DNA of 20,000 nt, from IMG/VR virus record IMGVR_UViG_3300042507_001994; one strand, 5' to 3'. A model generated the notes under the pieces. That model worked only from the letters and a program-made list of their open reading frames with translations. It searched no databases and was not told where the DNA came from. Source of the DNA: an uncultured virus (IMG/VR IMGVR_UViG_3300042507_001994). Taxonomy: Duplodnaviria; Heunggongvirae; Uroviricota; Caudoviricetes. Within the stretch, counting starts at the first letter, position 1; each line of letters starts with the position of its first letter. Below are positions 1-7,390 of this stretch, one piece after another. The position numbers were made by a program, and so were the translations under genes.

Positions 1-390
1 TTCTCCGTTCTCTTCCGTGATGACCTCAAAGCCCTTGTCGCTCTTGGCCCAGGATTCAAACTTCTTGATCTCGTCGTAGAGGACGATGCCGAACTCTTCC
101 GGGTGCATCACCAGAGCTTCGGTCTTGAGATACTGAGACAGCCTGGGGCCGGCGCGGAACGGACCATCACCGCCGTAAAGCTGGTTCTGACCGCTGGTCT
201 CACCCAGGCACAGACCCTCACACCGGGCCGACTGCGGGCAGGTAGACAGGTTGCGCTCGTTGATCTTCTGGGCGCTGGCAAGCCCAAGCCCCAGAGACGC
301 CACGCTGTTCTGGATGTCTTCCGGAAGCTGGTACTCGTTCAAGCGGGTCTTCTGCAGCTTCCCGTTTTCACCAAGGAGGGTGCCGACGTT
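1..390 (-). other. Cys-triad domain (CX5CX3C), GP88-like / putative radical-SAM-related, within the polyvalent protein (truncated by the window edge)
   Basis: LLGENGKLQKT...SLGLGLASAQKINERNLSTCPQSARCEGLCLGETSGQN...KTEALVMHPEEFGIVLYDEI. Cys codons at 238-240, 220-222 and 208-210. Family call from recalled consensus. Confidence 0.55.
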
Positions 391-3300
391 GTGCTCGTCC
401 TTGAGCACCTGCCGGGCCTGGGCGAGCTTGGCACGCTGATCTGCCGGCGAGAGTTGCTTGTACGCAGAGATGGCAGACTCAAGGCCCTTGCCGATGTCAC
501 CAATCGTCGTGGTCTTGGCGATAGCCTCGCTGCGCGGCTTGTAGAGCGTGAACAGCTTGGTCATCTTCATCTTCTCGGCGAAGGCATTGCCCTCTGCCAG
601 TTGGATGAAGAAGTCCTTCCGGCCATCCGAATGCTCCATGTCGAACTGGAGCATCTCCGGCGGCACCTGAACCATCACGTTGGCTTCAATCGGACCCTGA
701 TCGATGTTGCCAGCCCTGGTCCGGACAGCAGCAGGATTGGACTCGTTGGTCAGGTAGATCCGGTTGGACGTTGGGCTGGTCGCCTTGAGTCTCTTGGTCT
801 TGGCGACTTCCCGGGCGGACAGATTGCTGGTCGGGAAGTACAGGGTGACCGTGCCATTCGCGTTGAGCGGCACGTTCAGAACAGGATGGTTCTCCTTGCC
901 CTTGGCAAGCTCTTTCTCCCCATACGGGGCTTTGATGGAGAGCTTGGGCGTTTCAACAGGCGCCTCGATCTGCCCCGCCGAGGTGTAGGGAAGAATGCCG
1001 TTCTGCTCTTCGTACTTCTCGGCGTCCTTCTCTTCCTGTGCAGTGTCTTTCCAAGAATCGGGCTCGATGGGGCCGGCACGAAGCTCGCCCCGCTCGGCCT
1101 TCTTGAATATCCGCTCTGCATCAAGCGCGGCACCAAATGCCTCCTTGATAGCCTGGAAGAAGTTCTGGATCTTCTTCAGCAGAGCCTGGAGCATCCCAGC
1201 AGGAGCCTTGGTGGCGCTGAAATCGGCAAAGGCATCAGCGATAGCCTCCTCCAGCATCGCCTCTTCGTCGCCGCCGTAGAACTTCATGTAGGCGTCGTAC
1301 CGGGACATCTGCCCTTCTTGCAGAGGCTGTCTGTTTACATTCTTCTTCTTCAGGTACTGATCGACCCACTTCTCCTTGGCCTGCCTCTCCAAAGACTTCC
1401 ACTGCGCCGGGGAGAAGAAGCCAAGCTCCTTCATGGCATGGATTGCTTCATGCCTCAGAGCAACGACAGGATCTGTCGCATCAAGTGCCAGACTGAGAAC
1501 CTTGGAGGCGTACTCCCCCTCGGCCTTCATGTCGGCAACCAACCGGAGACCCACATCCTTCAGGCCATACCGGGTCAGGATCCTCTGAAGAGCCTTGCCA
1601 AGTGCATCAATCTTGGCCTCAACATCCTTGGGAAGTTCCTTGGGCTCAGCTTCCCGGACAGAGGGCTTCTCTTCCGGCTTCTCTGCAGGCTCCATCTCCT
1701 TGCGGATCTCTTGCACAAGCTCAGGAGAGCTTGACCAGTTATCCCAGGACGCTTTCTGCTGACGGAGTTCCTTCTCCCGCTTCTTGAGTGCCTCGGGATC
1801 CTTGATGTCGATCCCTTCCTTCTTGGCGATCTCCGGGCGCCTGCTGGCGCCAGAGATGGCAGCAAGCCTCTGCGCAATCTGGTTCTGCTTGAGAGTGGCG
1901 ATCTTCGCCATCTCCTCAGCTTCCTTCATGGCGGAGTCATCAAACCCAAAGAGGTCACCACCCTCTAGCGCAGGACGGCCCTTGGAGATCTCCTGTACCG
2001 CCTTGATGATGTTTACAGCAGCAAGAGGGCTCTTCCCCTCCTGGATGGCCTTTATGCCGACTGCTTGGAGTCGGGAGTCTCCGGGGGCGGCGTTGGCGAT
2101 TGCGGCTGCGCCTGCGTCAGGGATGACATCGGCACGATGCGCCGCAACAAGCTCGGGACTTCCTTTGGTTGCGATGGCGAAGCCTTGCTTTCCCGGAGCC
2201 CGCGCCAGAAGACCTCTTGCGTCGGCATCTGCTTCTGGGATTCCTGCATTTTCAAAGTAGGCGACATAGTCCTTGACCTTCCCCTGTTGGTCCCGAATGT
2301 TCAACTCGGCATCCAGCATCGCTGCCTGTTTGGCATCGAAACCAGTAGCCTCTTCATGGATCTGGGCAGGGATGGTTTGTTCTCCACTGCGCTGGGCAAG
2401 ATCCAACCTATGCCGCCCGGAGATCACCTCCATGCGGCCATCGTTTCGCTTCCAGACCTGGATGGGCGCGACACCGCGCCGGTCAAACGTGCCGCCCAGG
2501 GCCTCAACAACACCCTTGGCATCAGCATCCGACTTGAACTGAGGAACGTCTTTCGACAGCATCAACTCAGCAAGGGGCAACTCAATGACGGGATAGCCAG
2601 CGACCGCGTGCTGCTCTGACGCTTGCTCGGCCTTCGCCTCATCCGCCGCGGCTTGCTCTTCTTCTTTGGTCTCAGCCTGGGCCGGCTTGGTCTCGGTGGG
2701 CTTGGCCTGCTCAGGGATCTCGGTGGCTGGCTTCTCTGCCGTTTCAACGGGAGTGAGCGGCAGCGTTGTCGGCGCAGCGCCTTCTGCAGGCTGTGTAGCC
2801 GTTTGTGTAACGAGATCGGGCGGGACAGTCTTCTCTCGGGGAACCCGCTGCGCCAGGATGGATTGAAGCGTGGATGCCCGCTGCTCCGGCGGCAGGTTCA
2901 TGGCATACGCCCTCACCTGATCCAGAGTGCCGACTGATCCATCGGGAAGGCGGAAGACATCCTCTCCCTCCGGGGCCGTTGAAACAACAGGCTCAGTGGG
3001 GGCGGCGGGCGGCGTCACCGGGGCAAGAGGCTGTTCTGCACGCCGAGCGGCGTCGATCTCCCGGCTCATCCTACGGGCGAAAGCAGAGTCGGACTCACCC
3101 TCTTGTTGACCCGGCAAACGCTCCACACCAGTGCGAGGAACAGCAAGTCCACCACCCAGGATGGCCCCGGCAGCACCTTCCATTGCGCCAGCACCAAAGA
3201 CATTCCTGAACAGAGGAACATCAAAGCCTTCACTCCTCAAGGCTATGTTCTGGGCAAGTTGAGACTGTCCAGCTTGTGCGAACTCAGGAGCGCCTTCTTG

Positions 3301-4143
3301 AAGAGCGCCAAGACCGACGCGGGACAGCAGGCCCCTCTCGGCATCTCGAAGAGCTTGCTGCTCTGCAACATCCTTGACAGCACCTCTGCTCAGCATGGAC
3401 GTCAGAGGACGTTCAATGCCCATACCGCCAGCAATTGCCCCCAACCCACCGGCAGCAACCATGGACGGAAGATTGGAACTTGCATAGGACTGAGCCTCTA
3501 GAGCCTTGGCCCGAGCGATCTCATCGGAGGCGCCCTTCTCCTTGTAAGCCTGCTCGACAGCCTCGTAGATGGAGCCCTTGACCTCACCAACCCCCATGGC
3601 CGCGCCGACAGCAGGCATGGCAACAGCACCGGCACGGGCCACACCAAGAGCAGCCCCAACAGGGCCAGAAGCAAGACCAGCAATGATTACCGGCGCGGTA
3701 GACCCAAGAGCCTGGGCCAGCGTATCTACAGGGGCGGTGGCTAGAGCCCGAAGACCAGCACCAACCTGAGCAAGGACACCCTTGTCTTCTGCCTCCTTGA
3801 GGATCTCTGCAACCCTTCTCTGGTCATTCTTTGCCTGAGAAGACAGAAGATCTGCCAGCCAAGTATCGGCAGACTTGAGTGCCTCTGATGCCGAAGATCC
3901 CGCCCCGAAGAGGTCGGCCAGCATCCTGATGCCACCAACACCGCCCCGGACAACCTGAAGGGGAACATCGAGGATCTGCCGAAGAACGCCGCTCTGTTCT
4001 GGCTGAGGGGCCGGAGGAGCAGTGATGGCCTGTCGTCCAACTTGAGATTGGACATATTGAATGATCTGGTCTTGTGTTGCTCCCTCCGGGGCAGTAACAC
4101 GATACCGATTGCCATCAGGAGCAGTGACTTCGTAAGTCGGCAT
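1..4143 (-). CDS. Large polyvalent virion-delivered protein (>1381 aa, C-terminus beyond the left edge): Gly/Ala hydrophobic region, ParB-like, HExxH zincin, ART-like and Cys-triad domains
   Basis: ATG at 4143, 2 nt after the upstream TAA (4146-4148). Manual translation reads MPTYEVTAPDGNRYRVTAPEGATQDQII... to ...FESWAKSDKGFEVITEENGE at position 1 with no stop seen. It is absent from the ORF track, consistent with having no stop in the window. Motifs: VISGRHRL, HEAIH...EEAIADAF, GTVTLYFPT...IYLTN, TCPQSARCEGLCL. Position after the internal-protein genes is typical of phage polyvalent proteins. Confidence 0.9.
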   Translation of the reverse strand, partial: MPTYEVTAPDGNRYRVTAPEGATQDQIIQYVQSQVGRQAITAPPAPQPEQSGVLRQILDVPLQVVRGGVGGIRMLADLFGAGSSASEALKSADTWLADLLSSQAKNDQRRVAEILKEAEDKGVLAQVGAGLRALATAPVDTLAQALGSTAPVIIAGLASGPVGAALGVARAGAVAMPAVGAAMGVGEVKGSIYEAVEQAYKEKGASDEIARAKALEAQSYASSNLPSMVAAGGLGAIAGGMGIERPLTSMLSRGAVKDVAEQQALRDAERGLLSRVGLGALQEGAPEFAQAGQSQLAQNIALRSEGFDVPLFRNVFGAGAMEGAAGAILGGGLAVPRTGVERLPGQQEGESDSAFARRMSREIDAARRAEQPLAPVTPPAAPTEPVVSTAPEGEDVFRLPDGSVGTLDQVRAYAMNLPPEQRASTLQSILAQRVPREKTVPPDLVTQTATQPAEGAAPTTLPLTPVETAEKPATEIPEQAKPTETKPAQAETKEEEQAAADEAKAEQASEQHAVAGYPVIELPLAELMLSKDVPQFKSDADAKGVVEALGGTFDRRGVAPIQVWKRNDGRMEVISGRHRLDLAQRSGEQTIPAQIHEEATGFDAKQAAMLDAELNIRDQQGKVKDYVAYFENAGIPEADADARGLLARAPGKQGFAIATKGSPELVAAHRADVIPDAGAAAIANAAPGDSRLQAVGIKAIQEGKSPLAAVNIIKAVQEISKGRPALEGGDLFGFDDSAMKEAEEMAKIATLKQNQIAQRLAAISGASRRPEIAKKEGIDIKDPEALKKREKELRQQKASWDNWSSSPELVQEIRKEMEPAEKPEEKPSVREAEPKELPKDVEAKIDALGKALQRILTRYGLKDVGLRLVADMKAEGEYASKVLSLALDATDPVVALRHEAIHAMKELGFFSPAQWKSLERQAKEKWVDQYLKKKNVNRQPLQEGQMSRYDAYMKFYGGDEEAMLEEAIADAFADFSATKAPAGMLQALLKKIQNFFQAIKEAFGAALDAERIFKKAERGELRAGPIEPDSWKDTAQEEKDAEKYEEQNGILPYTSAGQIEAPVETPKLSIKAPYGEKELAKGKENHPVLNVPLNANGTVTLYFPTSNLSAREVAKTKRLKATSPTSNRIYLTNESNPAAVRTRAGNIDQGPIEANVMVQVPPEMLQFDMEHSDGRKDFFIQLAEGNAFAEKMKMTKLFTLYKPRSEAIAKTTTIGDIGKGLESAISAYKQLSPADQRAKLAQARQVLKDEHNVGTLLGENGKLQKTRLNEYQLPEDIQNSVASLGLGLASAQKINERNLSTCPQSARCEGLCLGETSGQNQLYGGDGPFRAGPRLSQYLKTEALVMHPEEFGIVLYDEIKKFESWAKSDKGFEVITEENGE
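600..870 (-). other. ADP-ribosyltransferase-fold-like domain, apparently degenerate
   Basis: NGTVTLYFPTSNLSAREVAKTKRLKA...RIYLTNES...VMVQVPPEMLQFDMEHSDGRKDFFI fits the recalled layout of YH-x-T ... [IV]Y[LF]T ART domains, with Phe at the His position. Confidence 0.5.
1090..1620 (-). other. Zincin-like metallopeptidase domain (MPTase-PolyVal type)
   Basis: ALRHEAIHAMKELG (HEAIH at 1438-1452), then EEAIADAF (1228-1251) as a candidate third zinc ligand, then the amphipathic helix LLKKIQNFFQAIKEAF. Confidence 0.8.
2290..2600 (-). other. ParB/Sulfiredoxin-like N-terminal domain
   Basis: VIELPLAELML...PIQVWKRNDGRMEVISGRHRLDLAQRSGEQTIPAQI...AELNIR. GxHR motif at 2404-2427. Confidence 0.8.
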
Positions 4144-4145
4144 GG

Positions 4146-5792
4146 TTATTCCTGGCCGGGCGTTTTAACTTTTTCAATACTCCATCCTGCGGTGTTTACA
4201 GAGGATGGCATGGGAACACCTGCCTCTTGGCTCATTCTGGAAATGGCAGCATCAAGATTGCGGATTTCCTGGCTGTTTTTGAAAGACGTTTCAAAATCTT
4301 GTTGCATTTTTTCCCAAGCATCAGTCTTTTCTTTTGGTGCGTTGGGTGCGGAAGCGGCCATTTGAGCCAGTTTGACTGGAGTGCTGTTTAACCAATCCGC
4401 CCTTGCTTTTTGATACGTTTTGTTCCGGTTGTCCAGTGCTACGGTCAACCTCTGCAGACCGATCATTTCTCGCCCTTGTGCCGCGGAATCTCTTGAGGCC
4501 CTTGCCGCCGATTCCCGAGCTTTAACATCTTGAAGCCTAGTATCGATCTCGGCTTGCGTCTGCCGCATTCTGACGTTGTTATCGGCAATCTTCTGATCCG
4601 TCTCCCGCTTCAGATCTGCGTCACGGTTTTGGATGGCATACTTCCTCTGTTCTTCCAAAAACTCAGACTCTTGATACTGAGAATTGAGAAGACGAACCTT
4701 CTCGTTGAGAACAGAGATGCCCTCTTCTGCCTTCTCGGCCCTAGCTCTCCTGCCAGCAAGAATAGAGGATAGGCCCCCGGCCAGGGAGCCCATCGTCTTG
4801 CCGCGCTGAGGATTGATGCTTGCCGCAAGTGAAAGCAGGGCTTCAGGATCATCAATCAACGGACGCCGGGCAGCATCAATCCTTCCTTGAAGTTGCCTGA
4901 TTCCTTCTGAACGAATCTTCTCCGCGTCCTGTTGAGACCGTTGAAGCCTTCCCGCTGAGAGTTGTTCCATGCGCTGCCGCGCAGCCAACACCTCTGGAGA
5001 GATGGCCGCCCCCTCTTGGACGATTCGATTTCGTTCTTCTTCCGCTCTTTCAAGTCTTTGAGAGTAGGGCGAAAGACCTGTTGGAGCCTCTGCCGCAGGC
5101 GAAGTTGCGGCGGGCGGAGTAAAGATCGAGGTAAGCGGCGTCACGCCGGTCGCAGAGCGTGCGGCGGGCGGAGATGACGAAGCGGCGGTGCGGGCAGGTG
5201 TTTGAGCAGCAGACCGCCCTTGCGCCAACCATGGATGCTGCTGCAGCATCCGTTGCACTGCAGGCTCAGACCCGGATGCTTGAACAAATTCAAATTGCTG
5301 GCGAATCCTTTGGCGCCGAGCCTCTTCAACTCGCGCAGCATCTTCTTGGTCAGTGACACGTGAGCCGCCAAAGCTAGGATCAAGCTGAGCAACGATGTCC
5401 CCGTCAAGATCGCCAACCTCCCCGCCAGGGGCATAAGACTTCATCTCCCCACCAGAAGCAGCCATGACAGCCATGACCTGATCTGCCACTGGAGGCGTTT
5501 GTTGCGCCGCAGCATTCTGGGCTTGAGCTTGTTGGCCCATGGCTCCTTGTTGTAGAGCCTTGGCCTTCATCGCATCGGCATAAGCAGAAGCAACAGCCCA
5601 CTTGGGCCGCATGTCATTTGGGTCGTTGTAGATCCTGATCAGGTCTTCTGCTGGGATCTGTTTCAACGCCCTGGTGTATGCAACAGGGTTTCGCCCTTGT
5701 TGTGCAGGAAGGGCTGTAAACGCCCCTGCTTGGCCGGGCATGGCAGGTTTGTTTCCGCCTTGGATAAGGGATTGAAGACCTGCCATGATCAT
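4146..5792 (-). CDS. Putative internal virion / DNA-ejection protein, helical coiled-coil (548 aa; alternative start 5786)
   Basis: Long ORF with ATGA overlap with the upstream stop. Q/A/E/R-rich helical composition, amphipathic segment ALLSLAASI...GSLAGGLSSILAG, and the motif MAASGGEMKSYAPGGEV. Function inferred from gene order. Confidence 0.7.
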   Translation of the reverse strand: MIMAGLQSLIQGGNKPAMPGQAGAFTALPAQQGRNPVAYTRALKQIPAEDLIRIYNDPNDMRPKWAVASAYADAMKAKALQQGAMGQQAQAQNAAAQQTPPVADQVMAVMAASGGEMKSYAPGGEVGDLDGDIVAQLDPSFGGSRVTDQEDAARVEEARRQRIRQQFEFVQASGSEPAVQRMLQQHPWLAQGRSAAQTPARTAASSSPPAARSATGVTPLTSIFTPPAATSPAAEAPTGLSPYSQRLERAEEERNRIVQEGAAISPEVLAARQRMEQLSAGRLQRSQQDAEKIRSEGIRQLQGRIDAARRPLIDDPEALLSLAASINPQRGKTMGSLAGGLSSILAGRRARAEKAEEGISVLNEKVRLLNSQYQESEFLEEQRKYAIQNRDADLKRETDQKIADNNVRMRQTQAEIDTRLQDVKARESAARASRDSAAQGREMIGLQRLTVALDNRNKTYQKARADWLNSTPVKLAQMAASAPNAPKEKTDAWEKMQQDFETSFKNSQEIRNLDAAISRMSQEAGVPMPSSVNTAGWSIEKVKTPGQE

Positions 5793-6637
5793 CCCGTCGT
5801 GGTGTTGGACTGGTTCCCGAACAGCATCTGATACAGAGCCAGCCCGCCGATGCCGCCTTGGGTCAGCGCCCCCAGCAAGGAGTCGCCTTCACTGTACTTC
5901 GGAGCTTCAAGCGGGAGGCCCTGCAAGAGGCTCTGCATGTACGTCGCCTGCTGGTAGGGATACTTCAGAGACTCCTGGAACTGCTGGTAGCCAAAGTCCA
6001 ACGGCTGTTGAGCGATGGCCCGCTCTTTCTCGCCCGCAGCCATTTGCTGCTGGAGTGCATCCAGCCCGAACTTGGCGCCGTACTGCTGCGCCTGCTCGCC
6101 GTACTGTTGGGATTTCAGCCCAAGCTCAGACTCGGCAAGACGTTGTTTCTGGGCCTGATCAAACGCAGCCTGCAATCCCTTGATGTTGATGTCCGAGATC
6201 TGTTGACCCAGGTTGCGCTGCCGCTCCGCCTCCATGATCGCCTGTCGGCTACCGCCGTAGGCGCCCGCTTGAGCAAGCCGCGCCTGCTCCGATTGGCGGC
6301 TGATGTCAGCCTGCCTGCGGGCTTCCCGTGCAGCGATGTCAGTGACATTACTCGTATACGGGTTCATGTAGTCTTGAACAGAACCCAGAGCGCCAAGACC
6401 CGTGTTGAACTGCGTTGGGTTGTACGTGCCCAGGTTCTGAAATCCTGTAAACGCGTTCTTTAGCGCATCAGGCGTTGCAGCAAACCGATCACCTGTAAAC
6501 GGCTGGTAGGCTTGATTGGCCGCGCCCCATCCTTTGGACAACATGTCCTGAACATAGGGTCCGAAGCTGGCAGAGAGCGTGGACTGACCCGGGGTGATCG
6601 CCGGGCTGGTCGTGCCGGTAGTTGTGGTGACATCCAT
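5789..6637 (-). CDS. Putative DNA transfer/pilot (ejection) protein, 282 aa
   Basis: ATG at 6637 overlaps the upstream TGA, with AGGAG 6 nt upstream (GTG at 6640 is an alternative start). Motifs YMNPY and AGAYGGSRQA, Gln-rich body, and C-terminal hydrophobic Gly-rich segment LLGALTQGGIGGLALYQMLFG, as recalled for podovirus-like internal proteins. Confidence 0.7.
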   Translation of the reverse strand: MDVTTTTGTTSPAITPGQSTLSASFGPYVQDMLSKGWGAANQAYQPFTGDRFAATPDALKNAFTGFQNLGTYNPTQFNTGLGALGSVQDYMNPYTSNVTDIAAREARRQADISRQSEQARLAQAGAYGGSRQAIMEAERQRNLGQQISDINIKGLQAAFDQAQKQRLAESELGLKSQQYGEQAQQYGAKFGLDALQQQMAAGEKERAIAQQPLDFGYQQFQESLKYPYQQATYMQSLLQGLPLEAPKYSEGDSLLGALTQGGIGGLALYQMLFGNQSNTTTG

Positions 6638-7389
6638 CACGCTCTCCTTTGAAGCTGGTTCATCAGCGCGTAGAGTGCCTTGGCGCCGCCTGCTTGGTTG
6701 ACTGCACGCTTGGGCACGTAGGCTTCTCCGTTGGACACCCTGGCCGGGGTGTTCCCATCGATTGTCGCAGGGATGTGGTCGCTTGTGCCAGTCCCCGGGC
6801 CCACAATCGGTCGAGCGCCGGGAAGCATTTGAGCAATACCCCTTGGGCCCCCAGCGCCGTCCACCGCCCGCTTGGTCATCACGAAGCCGCCATCCTCCAT
6901 GCGAAGAGGGTTCTTGTGGGTGCCTGTGACAGCACCGCCATGGGCATAGGCGTGCATAAGACCGCCTTGGGCAGCGTACTGAGCGATGGGCCCGTACTTC
7001 CCCTGCACCATGGTGCGGTTCGTCGGAGTGGGAGATGCCACCTGGGTATAACCGCCGCCCGAAGGACTGGCGCGGTTCAGTGCCCCAAGAAGCGCCATCA
7101 GACCCACTGTGCCGCCCATCCCGACGCCGGATCTCATCAGGCTGTTGAACGCCTGCATGGACGGGTTTGAGAGAAACGCCCTGAGAGGGTCAAGGGCGCT
7201 GGCTTGATATGACCCCGCTGCTGTGGGATTGTTGGCACCAGATACGCCGGGGCCTTCTTGCGCGGCGGTTTCTGACATACCGCTGAGCCACGTATAGGCC
7301 GGAGGAATGTCGTACCCCAATGCGGCGTTTACATCCGCATCAGACACACCGGGCAAGTAATAATCTTCAGCGGTGTAATAATCATCCAT
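6637..7389 (-). CDS. Virion-associated protein with AxGG motifs and a duplicated tape-measure-C-terminus-like (GPGTGTSD...GE) domain, 250 aa
   Basis: ATG at 7389 is preceded by GGAGG and lies 1 nt after the upstream TGA, so it is preferred over the track start 7413. Contains hydrophobic GVGMGGTVGLMALLGAL, YAAQGGLMHAYAHGGAV, and GPGTGTSDHIPA...RVSNGEAYVPKRAV...ALYALM. Confidence 0.75.
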   Translation of the reverse strand: MDDYYTAEDYYLPGVSDADVNAALGYDIPPAYTWLSGMSETAAQEGPGVSGANNPTAAGSYQASALDPLRAFLSNPSMQAFNSLMRSGVGMGGTVGLMALLGALNRASPSGGGYTQVASPTPTNRTMVQGKYGPIAQYAAQGGLMHAYAHGGAVTGTHKNPLRMEDGGFVMTKRAVDGAGGPRGIAQMLPGARPIVGPGTGTSDHIPATIDGNTPARVSNGEAYVPKRAVNQAGGAKALYALMNQLQRRA

Positions 7390-7390
7390 A

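Noticed and set aside
103..1734. 543-aa plus-strand ORF (also 2065-2619, 2623-2937, 3103-3501)
   Set aside because: In-register antisense shadows of the minus-strand polyvalent gene, which has recognisable motifs. The plus-strand translations are Leu-rich with no motifs.
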